A stretch of DNA of 64,000 bases from Cyanobacteriota bacterium (GTDB taxonomy: Bacteria > Cyanobacteriota > Cyanobacteriia > Cyanobacteriales > Nostocaceae), in assembly GCA_046045965.1 (NCBI GenBank), contig JBJOKS010000007.1, positions 64,001 to 128,000 of the forward strand. Direction: 5' to 3'. Each line of letters starts with the position of its first letter. The stretch's first letter is position 1. A model generated the notes under the pieces. The model made no database searches. It saw only the letters and a program-made list of their open reading frames with translations, and was not told the origin of the DNA. Shown in pieces: positions 51,926-63,068 of the stretch. The translations under genes were made by a program, and so were the position numbers.

Positions 51926-52716
51926 TTACCTGTGAGTTTAACTAAACCAATACCACCAAAATAAAGCCCTAAAACTGCTCCCGCTAACAGACTTTGAGTT
52001 AAAGGGTCAGTAGAAGGAGTGAGAACTGCTCCCAAAACCACTGCAAACATAATTACAAACCGCCAACCAGCCAGCATTTGTGCTGAAGAAACAATACCTA
52101 AACTACTTAACAATAATTGAATCACTGGAACTTGAAATGCTAACCCAGTGCTAAATAACAACAACAACACAAATTCAAAATATTTTTCAATTGACCACAG
52201 TTGTTCTACCACATCTGCACCGTAGCTGATGAAGAATTGCAACGCTGCGGGAATCAGGAGAAAATAAGCAAATACTAACCCACCCAAAAACAGCACGCTC
52301 GAACCCAAAACCACAGGACCCAACAAACGACGTTCACGACGAGTCAAACCGGGAAGTACAAACTGAGCAATTTGGTAAAGAATAAAAGGACTGGAAAGCA
52401 CTAAACCACTGTAACCAGCTACTTTGAAAGAGACAAAGAAATATTCTCCCGGTGCTAGTTGCAGGAATTTTATACCATGCGCGGGGATTTCCAGTAACTG
52501 CACAAGAGGTTTAACGACAATAAAACAACCGATCACACCCACCGCTACAGCAATTAAAGAATAAAAAATCCGCCATCGCAATTCTTCCAGGTGGTCAGAT
52601 AAGGACATTTCTACCTCATCTGGTAACTCATCAAGGTTATCAACTGCTGAGTTACCGTATCCTTCCCTTTCAATATCGGGAGAATTGATAGTCTCTATGT
52701 CTGGTAAAGGTGTCAT
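51922..52716 (-). CDS. tatC: Twin-arginine translocase subunit TatC
   Basis: HLEELR, PGEYF, FVLPGL...ERR, FQVP, LTPSTDP. Confidence 0.96.
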   Translation of the reverse strand: MTPLPDIETINSPDIEREGYGNSAVDNLDELPDEVEMSLSDHLEELRWRIFYSLIAVAVGVIGCFIVVKPLVQLLEIPAHGIKFLQLAPGEYFFVSFKVAGYSGLVLSSPFILYQIAQFVLPGLTRRERRLLGPVVLGSSVLFLGGLVFAYFLLIPAALQFFISYGADVVEQLWSIEKYFEFVLLLLFSTGLAFQVPVIQLLLSSLGIVSSAQMLAGWRFVIMFAVVLGAVLTPSTDPLTQSLLAGAVLGLYFGGIGLVKLTGN

Positions 52717-52803
52717 GAGTCAATTTTTAGGCAACATTCCTTAACTATTTTATCTGCCAGCGGACTAGCAATAGAGCTTTTTTTGGCTTTGGGGGATTTT
52801 TCC

Positions 52804-52950
52804 TTACTGTCGTGTCAGGTAATTAGCTGCCTCTTCTAAGGTTTGAATTAAATTTTCTAGCGTATAAATAGATTTATCTTGGTCAGAATTACTGACTTCA
52901 GTAGAAACTTGTGTTGAGTTCTGGGCTAAACTCTGGCTAATAGTTTGCAT
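52804..52950 (-). CDS. Unannotated 48-aa small protein
   Basis: MQTISQSLAQNSTQVSTEVSNSDQDKSIYTLENLIQTLEEAANYLTRQ; AAGGG RBS-like sequence; alternative start at 52971. Confidence 0.5.
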   Translation of the reverse strand: MQTISQSLAQNSTQVSTEVSNSDQDKSIYTLENLIQTLEEAANYLTRQ

Positions 52951-53222
52951 TGTCTTTTTACCCTTAGTCATTAATATAGGAACTGGTCGAACACTATGGA
53001 ATTACTATAAATGATATACGGATAAAAATACGGAGATTCTCTGATGTTTCATGTAATTTTTAACAGATAACCCCGTGTCTTCACTGTTGCTTTAAAATTA
53101 TGGTAATGGGTAATGGGTAATGGGTAATGGGTAATGGGTAATTTTTATTAACCTCCCCCTGCTTCCCCTGCTCCCCCTGCTTCCCCTGCTTCCCCTGCTT
53201 TCTTAAGAGTCCCCAGTCCCCA

Positions 53223-55412
53223 TCACTGCTGCGGTAATTTGGGCTGTTCGGCTGAGTATTGAGCGACTAAGGCAGAAATAGACGGGTTATATAACCGCAG
53301 ATAATTCCAGTAGTTACCAAATACTTGACGGACATAATTTTTGGTTTCACCGAAAGGAATTTCTTCTACAAACTCATCTGGGTCTTGTTTAGGTATGGTT
53401 CGCAGCCATTTGGCAACGTTACCAGGACCTGCATTGTAACTAGCGATCGCTAACATGGAATTATTGCCATATTGCTGATGGGTATGATCCAAATACCACG
53501 TACCCAGCATGATGCTATCATTAGGGTTTTCCAAATTAATGGTTTTTATATCTACATTGATTTGTGGTGCTATCCATGCTGCTGTACTGGGCATTACCTG
53601 CATTAAACCAGTCGCACCGACTATAGATTTAATCTTTGGTTGAAACATTGACTCTTGCCGCATCAAAGCCGTAACTAGCAGGGGATTAAGTTGGCGTGTA
53701 GTAGACCATTTTTGGATCTCTTGGAAATAAGGAAACGGATAACGCGCTTGCCAATAGGTGATCTGTTGACTTAAAGCGGCAAATTCTGCTTGTTCTTCTG
53801 GTGTTTCCCGATCTTCCAATTTAGATATCTTGGCAATACCAATCAGATTTTCACCCTTTGCTAACCGCATCAACCCTTCCGTAAATTGTTCAGCTACGCT
53901 AGGCTGACTGTTATTTTTAAATCCTGTTTCCCACTCATACCAAGCATCTCGATCTTGTCCCAGCAAATACAATTCTTTAAAAGCATCAGAACCCGCTGGA
54001 GGTACAGAACGTTGAGGGGGGATAATTTCTGGATTCATCAACCGTAGGTTATTAAAATCACCTACATTCAAACCCAAAATACTGGCAGAACGCCAAGCAT
54101 AATAAGACTGGGGAAATTGACTCAATACATACTTGTAGGCAGTCCGTGCTTCTTCCTGTTTTCCTAGTATAGCTGCCCATTTACCTACCCAAAACCCTGC
54201 TCTGGGAGCCAAAATACTGTTAGGATTTTCTGTAGCAATTGGTTGCGCCCATTGCCATGCACCTACGTAATCTCCGGCTTTAGCTTTACTCAGAGCGGTT
54301 GTCCAGCGATATTCTGCCGCTTCCCCAGAATTGCTATACTTACCTAACAGTAATTTCCTTGCTGCTGTAGCTGACTGACTATCTTGAAGGGTTTCTAATA
54401 GTTTGGCTTTTTGTACCAGTGCGGTAGGTGCTTGTTTAGGAAACTTATTAATTATTTGGTCAAGATAAGGTATTGCAGCTTTACCAGGAGTGATTTCTGC
54501 TAATCTTAGTAGGGCTGTTCCCGTTTCTTCGGCTGTGGGAAATTGCTGTATCTGTTGTTTATAGATCGCAACCGCCTGATCTCGCTTTTTATCTATTTGT
54601 AACCCTCTAGCGGTGCGGTAGAGATTTTGGGCTGTTTTCGGTGCTTTAGCATAAGCAGTAGCAGCTTTGGCAAATTGATTATTATCCCAATATGCTGAAC
54701 CAATTAATTCCCAGTCTGCGGGTGTGAGTTGAGGCTGTTTCACCAACTGATCTAAAATACCAATAATTCCAGGCTCATCAGCGGCATATTTTACCAAAGT
54801 TAATTGTAACTTGGGTTGATTGGGATTTTCTCTTAAACGTTTACGGATAATTTCCCAAGTGAGGGGATGGGAAGGAAATTGTGCGATCGCTTGCTCATGC
54901 AGTTTTGGCAACCCTATCAAGTATATAGCCTTAACTACCGCTGGGTCGTCAGCATAATCTTTCACCACTTTTTGCCGCAGATCGGAAGCCTTACCCTTTT
55001 CACCCACAATATCTTGCGCCTGGGCTTGTTTGAGTAAAATATACGGTGCTAAAACCGGATAGTCTTTCTCTAACCCTTCTAGGAGACTCAGGGCTTTTTT
55101 CCCTTGATCAGTTTCAATATAGTCACTGGCCAACAGATAACGCGCTCTGTGCCGATCTGGTGAAGCGCCTTTTTCCGCAATTTCCGCTAGTTTTGCTGCC
55201 CGTTCTGGTAAAGATTTTGATACCCAATTAAATACAATTGACTGGTATTTATTAGCTTCAGATAATTTTTCAGGCTGACTCTGACTCAAGTTCAACCATT
55301 TACTTAGGGTTTTTCCAGCTTGTGGGGCTGATACCATACCCCCAACTAAAAAGGCACATAGTCCAGCCCCAGCGATCAGATAAATTTGCTTGTTTTGTAG
55401 TTTCTTCAGCAT
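53223..55412 (-). CDS. Soluble lytic transglycosylase (Slt70-like) with TPRs
   Basis: RQES, GATGLMQVMP, ASYNAGPG, ETKNYV. Confidence 0.93.
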   Translation of the reverse strand: MLKKLQNKQIYLIAGAGLCAFLVGGMVSAPQAGKTLSKWLNLSQSQPEKLSEANKYQSIVFNWVSKSLPERAAKLAEIAEKGASPDRHRARYLLASDYIETDQGKKALSLLEGLEKDYPVLAPYILLKQAQAQDIVGEKGKASDLRQKVVKDYADDPAVVKAIYLIGLPKLHEQAIAQFPSHPLTWEIIRKRLRENPNQPKLQLTLVKYAADEPGIIGILDQLVKQPQLTPADWELIGSAYWDNNQFAKAATAYAKAPKTAQNLYRTARGLQIDKKRDQAVAIYKQQIQQFPTAEETGTALLRLAEITPGKAAIPYLDQIINKFPKQAPTALVQKAKLLETLQDSQSATAARKLLLGKYSNSGEAAEYRWTTALSKAKAGDYVGAWQWAQPIATENPNSILAPRAGFWVGKWAAILGKQEEARTAYKYVLSQFPQSYYAWRSASILGLNVGDFNNLRLMNPEIIPPQRSVPPAGSDAFKELYLLGQDRDAWYEWETGFKNNSQPSVAEQFTEGLMRLAKGENLIGIAKISKLEDRETPEEQAEFAALSQQITYWQARYPFPYFQEIQKWSTTRQLNPLLVTALMRQESMFQPKIKSIVGATGLMQVMPSTAAWIAPQINVDIKTINLENPNDSIMLGTWYLDHTHQQYGNNSMLAIASYNAGPGNVAKWLRTIPKQDPDEFVEEIPFGETKNYVRQVFGNYWNYLRLYNPSISALVAQYSAEQPKLPQQ

Positions 55413-55503
55413 GGATACCCGCTTTTAGCCTAGCGTCTGGAAAATAAAGATTCCGATCAGTTTCTTGCCACTTTAACACTACTGGCGGGAAATGTTATCA
55501 CTT

Positions 55504-55983
55504 TTAAGTTGCATCAGGGAGCTTTCTTGAGAGGTTTTTTTGGTGCTGTGGCGGATAAAAAAGAATATCGCGGTTCAAAACTTGCAAATGTCTGAACAAT
55601 ACCCCTATGGGATTGATACCTTGAGCGATTAACCAAATTGACCAAGCAATCAGTTTTAGTGTATTGAAAAATGATGTGCGTGTCAACCATTCATGAAAAG
55701 CAACACGAGCCTCATCTAAAAGAGGATCATATTCTTTTATGATATATTTATCATGGAACATTGGTGAATTAATACCGTGAATTCCACTTACCTGATGTTT
55801 TCCCATTTTAATTCTTGGTAAACAGGAAACTTCCAGGTGATATAGGTCATGATAACATAGCCAATCATCGTGTATTTGGATAAAATTGTCTCCTATTTTT
55901 ACACGGTCTTTACTAATACAACCAAGCATTTTTTTGATTGATAAATCAATCCAAATTTCTGAAGGAGGAAGAATTTTGTCCAT
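55504..55983 (-). CDS. Hypothetical protein
   Basis: 159-aa ORF. Confidence 0.55.
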   Translation of the reverse strand: MDKILPPSEIWIDLSIKKMLGCISKDRVKIGDNFIQIHDDWLCYHDLYHLEVSCLPRIKMGKHQVSGIHGINSPMFHDKYIIKEYDPLLDEARVAFHEWLTRTSFFNTLKLIAWSIWLIAQGINPIGVLFRHLQVLNRDILFYPPQHQKNLSRKLPDAT

Positions 55984-56186
55984 AGGGTGATGACAAATTA
56001 TGTGAATTTGGTTAGTAAGCAGGTGTTTCGGGTTGTTAAGCTATACATGAAGGGTTAAGTTAACAGCAACAAGTGTGGGTTAAACAATAAAATTAATTCC
56101 CAATTTAGATGCTGTCAAGTCTATATACAACATCAAATAAAATGGATGTTAAATGTCAATAGCAATAATCAAAAATCCGATGACGA

Positions 56187-56771
56187 CTATTTTGCTAATA
56201 ACTTAAAAGAGTCGCAAAAACCACTGATACTTTTAGTTAAATATTTTTGCTTCTGTATGGTAGTTTCTGCACTAACTTGATACAACCTTCTTCCCACCAA
56301 AAATATTCTCTGTTTGATAATTTTGTCACCTGGTTTAGTATAGTTAACTTCTTTGCCTAAATAATCACCTAAACTAATTTTTTCTTCACTTATTAAAGTG
56401 CCTTTTGCATTCTGTAAAGCTGTTTTTTTACCCGCGTCTATAGCCTGTTCTACCATATTATTACGTTTTAATATATCAATATATTCTTCTGGATAATCAA
56501 TATAAGCAACTGTGTATTTCACCTCTTCTTGTTGGCGTTCGACTGTAAATATATGGACTTCCACAGTTCCGTCTTTAGTATTAACTTTTTGTTTTGCTAC
56601 TGTGGGTGTACCTGGCATTAAAATACTAAAGCCACCTTCTGGATCAGAAAATATTTTCCAGATAGACTGGGCTATTATTAGTGGCTGATTAGCTGATACA
56701 GTTTGGGTGATGGTGTATCCACTGCCTAAAAAAAAGATTGCCAGGGAGTAAGGGATAATTTGGAATTTCAT
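56187..56771 (-). CDS. Secreted hypothetical protein (PsbP/DcrB-like fold possible)
   Basis: Signal peptide; W..F...G.FSILMPGTP; RLYQV; F.DSFKL end. Confidence 0.65.
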   Translation of the reverse strand: MKFQIIPYSLAIFFLGSGYTITQTVSANQPLIIAQSIWKIFSDPEGGFSILMPGTPTVAKQKVNTKDGTVEVHIFTVERQQEEVKYTVAYIDYPEEYIDILKRNNMVEQAIDAGKKTALQNAKGTLISEEKISLGDYLGKEVNYTKPGDKIIKQRIFLVGRRLYQVSAETTIQKQKYLTKSISGFCDSFKLLAK

Positions 56772-56844
56772 ATCTCAAATGAGAGTCAACACTTCTGGAT
56801 GTTAACACCAGGTTGAGAAATTGGTAAATTTTAGTTAGCAAAAT

Positions 56845-58104
56845 TCATAGTTTCCCTAATTCGGGAGTTTTCCCTTTTAAACCAATCATCAATTTGAGTG
56901 TAAATATTTTCAACATTGGCACTCTTTGCATCAACCATAAACCCAAACGGCGGATGATGACAACTGGTAAGATGTTATTAGAAAATACTCGATCTAATAA
57001 ATCAGTGAAACCTAAAATTGCTAAATTTTCTTTTTTTCGCCACTGTTCATATTTTTTGAGAACTGCAATTTTACCAATATCTGCACCGGCTTGGTGTGCT
57101 GTTTGGATAACTTCTGCTAAAGCTGCTGCGTCACGAATACCTAAATTTAAACCTTGTCCACCAACGGGATGACAGTTGTGTGCTGCATCACCAACTAAAG
57201 CTAAACGGGGGAGAACATAGCGATCGCTCTGCATGAGTTGTACCTGAAAAATAAAGCGATCGCCTAATAATTCTAATTTACCCATCTGCTCACCATAACG
57301 TTTAGTTAATTCTGCCAAAAATTCCTCATCGCTTAAAGCACACAAAGCTTTTGCTTCTTCATGGGGTGCGGTCCAAACAATTCGGCAACGGTTCCCAGGT
57401 AAAGGTAAAATTGCAAAAGGTCCACTTGTCCAAAATTTCTCATAAGCTGTATAGTTATGAGATTTTTCTGGTCTGACAAAAGCCACTATACAAGATTGCC
57501 AATATTTCCAACCTTTAGTTTTAATACCCGCAGCTTGACGAATTGGTGAGCGTGAACCATCAGCAGCTACTAACAATTTACTGCGAATCGTCCGATTTTC
57601 ACCATCAACTTGAATATTAACAGTAACTATATCTTGTTCATTCTGGGTATTTACCACTTCTGCTGGACACAGATAGGTGACATTTTTACAACTCTGCACA
57701 AATTCCTGTAAAGGTTCTAACAGTGCATAATGTTCCGCTACATAACCTAATTCTTGTGTGTCTAAATCAGAAGTTTGAAATTTTACCACATCGGGATAGT
57801 CAGCGTCAGATAAAAACACCTGTCTATATTTAGCGATATTAGGTAGTATTTTATCCCAAATGCCAATTCCTTGGAAAATGCGGGCTGACAGCATATGTAC
57901 AGCATAAGCTTGGCCTTTAGCCACTGCTGCTGATGTCTCTCTAGCTTCAATTAGCAGTATACTTAAGCCAGAGTCTTTTAAAGCCGCAGCCAGAGTTAAA
58001 CCAACAATACCACCACCGACAATTACCAAATCATAATCATATCCCCGGTTGTCTGTGGCTATGGGTTGAGGGGTAAGGGTTTGAGTAAGCTGGGTGAGTG
58101 ACAT
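56845..58104 (-). CDS. FAD-dependent hydroxylase, UbiH/UbiF/VisC/COQ6 family
   Basis: IVGGGIVG, AADGSRS, GDAAH..HPVGGQGLNLGIRD. Confidence 0.92.
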   Translation of the reverse strand: MSLTQLTQTLTPQPIATDNRGYDYDLVIVGGGIVGLTLAAALKDSGLSILLIEARETSAAVAKGQAYAVHMLSARIFQGIGIWDKILPNIAKYRQVFLSDADYPDVVKFQTSDLDTQELGYVAEHYALLEPLQEFVQSCKNVTYLCPAEVVNTQNEQDIVTVNIQVDGENRTIRSKLLVAADGSRSPIRQAAGIKTKGWKYWQSCIVAFVRPEKSHNYTAYEKFWTSGPFAILPLPGNRCRIVWTAPHEEAKALCALSDEEFLAELTKRYGEQMGKLELLGDRFIFQVQLMQSDRYVLPRLALVGDAAHNCHPVGGQGLNLGIRDAAALAEVIQTAHQAGADIGKIAVLKKYEQWRKKENLAILGFTDLLDRVFSNNILPVVIIRRLGLWLMQRVPMLKIFTLKLMIGLKGKTPELGKL

Positions 58105-58284
58105 TGTGAAGATAGATGATGGCGTTTTACTTATTATTTTTACGCAAGTCCTTTCATAGAGCAAGGTGAGGCGGAAAATTACTTTTTACAGACAGAAGTA
58201 AAAACTATTGATACGCAATTTCCCCCTAACTAGTTGTATCAGGGATAAAATAAGATGAAGTGAGAAAAAATCAACTTTCTCTTT

Positions 58285-58420
58285 CAATACTTTTCGGTTA
58301 AGCCCAAAAAATATCATGATGTAGGTTGGGTTGACGATAGGAAACCCAACATTTACAAGGGTTTGTTGGGTTTCACTTTGTTCAACCCAACCTACGAAAA
58401 CTCTTAACCGAACAGTATTG
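58285..58420. mobile_element. MITE, 136 bp, 18-bp TIRs, 10-bp target-site duplication
   Basis: CAATACTTTTCGGTTAAG / CTTAACCGAACAGTATTG (17/18); CTTTCTCTTT on both sides. Confidence 0.88.
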
Positions 58421-58450
58421 CTTTCTCTTTTGTGATTCTTATTAAAAAAA

Positions 58451-58523
58451 CGAGCGCGGAGGGACTCGAACCCCCGACCCACAGGACCGGAACCTGTTGC
58501 TCTATCCACTGAGCCACGCGCCC
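58451..58523 (-). tRNA. trnR-CCG: tRNA-Arg (anticodon CCG)
   Basis: Cloverleaf: acceptor GGGCGCG/CGCGCTC, D-arm GCTC/GAGC, anticodon stem ACAGG/CCTGT with loop TTCCGGT, TTCGAGT T-loop; CCA not encoded. Confidence 0.96.
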
Positions 58524-58575
58524 TTACATATACAACTAAAAGTATAACATACTTTTTGAATTTAATCAGATTAAA

Positions 58576-59790
58576 TTATAAATAATCTGCGGGGTTAACA
58601 GGTGAACCATTGCGTCTGACTTCAAAGTGCAGGTGGGGACCTGTGGATAAACCTGTAGAACCGACAGCAGCGATCGCTTGTCCTTTTTGTACAGATTGCC
58701 CTTCACTCACATACAATTCACTACAATGGGCATATAGGGTGGTAATTCCTTTACCATGATCAATAATTAGGGATCTACCATAACCACCATACCAACCCGC
58801 AAAAATAACTGTTCCTGAATCTGCGGCTCTAATTGTACTACCATAACTAGCGGCAAAATCCAAACCGGCATGAAAACGCCGATAACCGAGTATAGGGTGT
58901 ATTCTCCAACCAAAAGGACTGCTGGTGGGTGCATCGCTGGGAAATGCAAAGATCCCAGTACCACGAATCCAAATTTTACTGTTAGCTTTTGCGCGTGCTG
59001 CTTGGAGTGCTTCTCTTTCTTCCCTGGCTTTTTGTTCAGCGATTTTTTGTTGAATTAAACCCGTTAAGTTTTCTGAGTCTTGTTCTAACTGCTTTTGTGC
59101 GGCTGCTAAAGCTAGGCGATCGCTATTTAAACGTTGAATTAATTCTCCCTGAGCTTCCGCTTGAGCTTGAAAATCAGCTTTTTGGGCTAATAACTGCTCT
59201 CTAATTATAGCAATCACGTTTTTTTGTCTTTCTACTTCCGTTCTCTGCTGAATTAAGAAATTAGCTTGTTCTGCAAGTTTAGATAAAATCCGCTGGTCTG
59301 CCTGATAAACTAACTTTAACTGATGACGACGACTGATAAAATCACTTAAATTTCGGCTTTGTAACAAAACAGCCAAACCTTGAGAATTTTGCGATCGCTG
59401 TAAAAATCGTAACCGCGCCACCGTTGCAACTTGCCTTTCTTCATAATTACGCTCTGTTACAGATAAAGCCGCTTCTAATTCTTGGAGGCTTTCCGTAGCC
59501 AATTTTAACCGAGTTTCACTATCTTGGATTTGACTATTAGTAGTTTGTAAATTTTGTGTAATGCCAGTTAAGTGTTTTTGCGCTTCTGTTTGCAGATTTG
59601 TTAAGCGGTTCTTTTCCTGAATTACATTTTGACGCTGCTGCTGGATTTGTTGCTGTTGTTGTTTTAGAGTATCAATTGTTTGTGAGTAAGCTGCATCTAG
59701 TGGTAAAAATACTGAAATACACCAGACAACACAAAAAAATGTCAGCAACAACCACCAGATTCTAATTTTGGGGAAAGATACCGTTTTCAT
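58576..59790 (-). CDS. EnvC-like coiled-coil M23 peptidase
   Basis: Signal peptide, long coiled coil, HAGLD, YAH, STGPHLHFE. Confidence 0.92.
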   Translation of the reverse strand: MKTVSFPKIRIWWLLLTFFCVVWCISVFLPLDAAYSQTIDTLKQQQQQIQQQRQNVIQEKNRLTNLQTEAQKHLTGITQNLQTTNSQIQDSETRLKLATESLQELEAALSVTERNYEERQVATVARLRFLQRSQNSQGLAVLLQSRNLSDFISRRHQLKLVYQADQRILSKLAEQANFLIQQRTEVERQKNVIAIIREQLLAQKADFQAQAEAQGELIQRLNSDRLALAAAQKQLEQDSENLTGLIQQKIAEQKAREEREALQAARAKANSKIWIRGTGIFAFPSDAPTSSPFGWRIHPILGYRRFHAGLDFAASYGSTIRAADSGTVIFAGWYGGYGRSLIIDHGKGITTLYAHCSELYVSEGQSVQKGQAIAAVGSTGLSTGPHLHFEVRRNGSPVNPADYL

Positions 59791-59973
59791 CCCGTGATAT
59801 CAGCCAAAGAAGTACAAGCATAAACAGTATTATGCCCAAAGTTTGGCAAAAATTAACACCCATAACTATTACTGATGATTTGAATATGAAAACAGGTTCA
59901 GGCATTCTGGTTTTAACCTGAGTCTTACCTGGTTAATGTAAAATTATCACCATTACTCTTAACATTAAAGGTA

Positions 59974-60270
59974 ATGATGAAGACACGCCCAAGAATTTTA
60001 TTATTTACTTTAGTTCTCCCTGGTTTTTCGGTAGTATTAATATCGCTGTATTTTTTTGTTTTAGACTATTCTGCACTGATCAAAGCTGAAAACTATGTAG
60101 AACAATTAGCAAAAGATAAAACTGCTAATGAAAGAAGTCTACAATTTGCTTATCATCGAGCTTTAGCCCATCGAATTAATGTTTTTGCAGATGCTACTTG
60201 GGGATTATTAGGTGGTGTAATTACAGCCATAGGTATTCATGGTTTAGTAATATCAAAAGAGAAGGAATAA
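59974..60270 (+). CDS. Small 2-TM hypothetical protein
   Basis: 98-aa ORF; HRINVFADATW. Confidence 0.65.
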   Translation: MMKTRPRILLFTLVLPGFSVVLISLYFFVLDYSALIKAENYVEQLAKDKTANERSLQFAYHRALAHRINVFADATWGLLGGVITAIGIHGLVISKEKE

Positions 60271-60428
60271 AGAGTGATTTCTGGGAATTTGCCGCAGTCA
60301 ATTAAAATCCTGTAAATCCTCAAATCCTGGACATCCTGATTCTGACAAAATTCAATTATATAACATTGTAACTTTATCAGGAAAAGCGGGCAAGATGCCC
60401 GCACTACAGAAGATTTAGCTAAGAAGAT

Positions 60429-61748
60429 TTAATTATAAAATGCAGTTTTCCAACTGGCTAAATCTGCTAAGGATCTATCTCGATAACGTCCATATTTTTC
60501 GGGTTTACTTTTAATTTTCACACCCAAATCTGGGACAATTCCAAAATTAGGTGGCATGGGTTGAAAGTGCTTAGGAGCAGCGGAACTAATAAACTCAAAT
60601 AATGCCCCCATCATGGTAGTATTAGGTAACATTAAAGGTTCTTTTCCTAAAGCAATTCTCGCTGCATTTGTTCCCGCTAACCAACCACCGGCAGATGCAG
60701 CAGTATAACCTTCTGTTCCTATTAATTGTCCTGCTGCTAATAAAGTATGACGTTCCTTAAATTGCAAACTTGGTAACATTAACTGGGGTGCATTTAAAAA
60801 AGTATTACGGTGCATAACTCCTAATCTGACAAACTCAGCTTTTTCCAAACCAGGAATCATTTGAAAAACTCGTTTTTGTTCACCCCAACGCAAATTAGTT
60901 TGAAAACCAACCATATTCCAAAGTTGACCTGCTTTATCTTCTTGACGCAATTGAATTACCGCATAGTTACGTTCTCCCGTGCGCGGATCAGATAAACCCA
61001 CTGGTTTCAGGGGACCATATCGCATGGTATCTTCTCCCCGTCTTGCCATTTCTTCAATTGGTAAACAAGCTTCAAAAAATTTCGCGGTTTCTCTTTCAAA
61101 GTCTTTTAATTCTGTTTGTTCAGCTTCACAAAGTGCCTGTCTAAATTGTAAATACTGTTCTTTATTCATGGGACAATTGAGATAAGCTGCTTCACCTTTG
61201 TCATAGCGGGAAGCCATAAAAGCAATATCTTTATTAATAGAATCACCGCTAATTATCGGACTAGCTGCATCAAAAAAGTTCAGATATTCCATCCCGGTAA
61301 AACGCTGTAAATCTGCGGATAAATCGGGACTGGTTAACGGTCCAGAAGCTAACACTACAATACCTTCAGGAATTTCTTTAACTTCACCTCTGCGGAAATC
61401 AATTAAAGGATGATTTGCTAAAGTTTGGGTTAAGTCTTCCCCGAATACTCCCCTATCAACTGCTAAAGCGCCTCCTGCGGGTACTGCGTGTTCATCAGCT
61501 TTAGAGATGATAATAGAACCGAGTTGACGGAGTTCTTCGTGTAATAAACCGGCTGCGCGATCGCTCGCCATAGCCCCGAAAGAGTTACTACAGACCAATT
61601 CAGCCAAATTTTCGGTATGATGGGCAGGGCTGAACCTTTTAGGGCGCATCTCGTGGAGAATTACAGGAACGCCGGCTTGTGCTATTTGCCATGCTGCTTC
61701 TGTTCCTGCAAGTCCGCCGCCAATTACTTGTATGGGTTGTTGTGTCAT
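60429..61748 (-). CDS. trmFO: Folate/FAD-dependent tRNA m5U54 methyltransferase
   Basis: [43 protein letters not shown]. Confidence 0.96.
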   Translation of the reverse strand: MTQQPIQVIGGGLAGTEAAWQIAQAGVPVILHEMRPKRFSPAHHTENLAELVCSNSFGAMASDRAAGLLHEELRQLGSIIISKADEHAVPAGGALAVDRGVFGEDLTQTLANHPLIDFRRGEVKEIPEGIVVLASGPLTSPDLSADLQRFTGMEYLNFFDAASPIISGDSINKDIAFMASRYDKGEAAYLNCPMNKEQYLQFRQALCEAEQTELKDFERETAKFFEACLPIEEMARRGEDTMRYGPLKPVGLSDPRTGERNYAVIQLRQEDKAGQLWNMVGFQTNLRWGEQKRVFQMIPGLEKAEFVRLGVMHRNTFLNAPQLMLPSLQFKERHTLLAAGQLIGTEGYTAASAGGWLAGTNAARIALGKEPLMLPNTTMMGALFEFISSAAPKHFQPMPPNFGIVPDLGVKIKSKPEKYGRYRDRSLADLASWKTAFYN

Positions 61749-61831
61749 AGTTGTTTTTTTAATTACTTGGTTTGGTTAAATATATTTTAAATGTGTTGAA
61801 AAAGCCGCTGCATGGGCATTTTAAGCTTACC

Positions 61832-62182
61832 TCAAAGGGGTAGTTTTGCAATCCGATTAAGCCACTCCTCTGCACTGGATACTGCCCAAATCAGCAATAG
61901 TTCGTCAATAATGACTTCAAGCGGTAATTTACGAGAAACAATGATAACGCCTGTACTTTGCTTGTTGGTAATAAACTGTGCAAACTCTGATGGCATTGTT
62001 TTACGATCATGGCTGACAAGGATACGCCCCTGCTGTGCAGCAATATTCAATACTTCCGGATCTTTTACACCTTCTAAGCCAGCAACAAAGGCGCTTTGAA
62101 AATCAATGCTGGGTTCTCGTCGCAGAACTCCCGTTACAATAGACTGATTCAAATCAGCATCGGCTTGATAGCGAATATTCAC
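61832..62182 (-). CDS. DUF5615 PIN-like toxin
   Basis: YQADADL, DPEVL..A....RILVSHD; 4-nt overlap with DUF433. Confidence 0.85.
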   Translation of the reverse strand: MNIRYQADADLNQSIVTGVLRREPSIDFQSAFVAGLEGVKDPEVLNIAAQQGRILVSHDRKTMPSEFAQFITNKQSTGVIIVSRKLPLEVIIDELLLIWAVSSAEEWLNRIAKLPL

Positions 62183-62508
62183 AATCTCACCTGCTGCCTT
62201 GCTGTTTTCGCTGCCTTGAGTTTGTCATATAAAATAGGATCACTGGTTTCTAGTGGTTGAGGCATAGCATCAAAAGCCGCTTCCTCATCTGCTAAGTAAG
62301 TATCAATCTCAGCGCGGTTAGCTAGATAAAACGTGATTCCTCCATAAACCTGTTCTAGCGTTAGCAGCGGAAAAGATTGAACGATACTTTCAGGTGATAA
62401 GCCTTTTCGGAAAGCATAGACAATCGAATCTAGAGAAATCCGTGTTCCTTCCACCCAATACCCATCGTTCCGATACTCTACGTAAGTTTTAGCTGCTATA
62501 ACTGACAT
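62179..62508 (-). CDS. DUF433 antitoxin
   Basis: GTRISL...G.SPESI..SFP.LTLEQV...ITFY. Confidence 0.88.
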   Translation of the reverse strand: MSVIAAKTYVEYRNDGYWVEGTRISLDSIVYAFRKGLSPESIVQSFPLLTLEQVYGGITFYLANRAEIDTYLADEEAAFDAMPQPLETSDPILYDKLKAAKTARQQVRL

Positions 62509-62700
62509 AAATTTACTCGCTTGTCTAGCTATTTATAATCATAAACTGTTTTCTTAACTCTGATTTTGTCAAGTCTTTGTTTTTCTATTTTTTTGATTCT
62601 CTCAAATATACAGAATCAATGATTTATTTTCTGAAACTTTCGGAAATATATTTTATGTAGATACAACAATTTAATAACACTGTACATCATCTATTCTGAA

Positions 62701-63036
62701 TTAAAAAACTGCGTATTCTGAATGTTGTCTCAGTGAAGGATAATGAAAACCAATGACAATCTCTTTTTTAGCAATTCCCATTTCTTCTAGTTCTTCACCA
62801 ACATCAATATCTGTGTTATTTTCCTGAAGCCAGATTTTTCCATCTTTGATATCAAAATGGAATATACAGGAATGAATTCGGCGTTTTTTATCCCAACCAG
62901 TCCGCAATAATAGATAATGATCATTTTCTGTATCAAAGATCAATTGGGTTTCCATATTTTGATCTTTTGAGCCATATTTTGCGTATTGGGTGAGAAATTC
63001 TCGCAAACATTGGCGATAGTAATTTAGTCTATCCAT
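62701..63036 (-). CDS. xisI: XisI family protein
   Basis: FD.ENDHYLL...GW...HFDIKDGKIWLQ.N.T...GI.K.EIVIGF. Confidence 0.93.
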   Translation of the reverse strand: MDRLNYYRQCLREFLTQYAKYGSKDQNMETQLIFDTENDHYLLLRTGWDKKRRIHSCIFHFDIKDGKIWLQENNTDIDVGEELEEMGIAKKEIVIGFHYPSLRQHSEYAVF

Positions 63037-63068
63037 AATTTTATTACCTCTGTTACTTCATCATTTTA

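Noticed and set aside
58186..58509. 107-aa ORF
   Set aside because: It is a translation of the tRNA and the MITE
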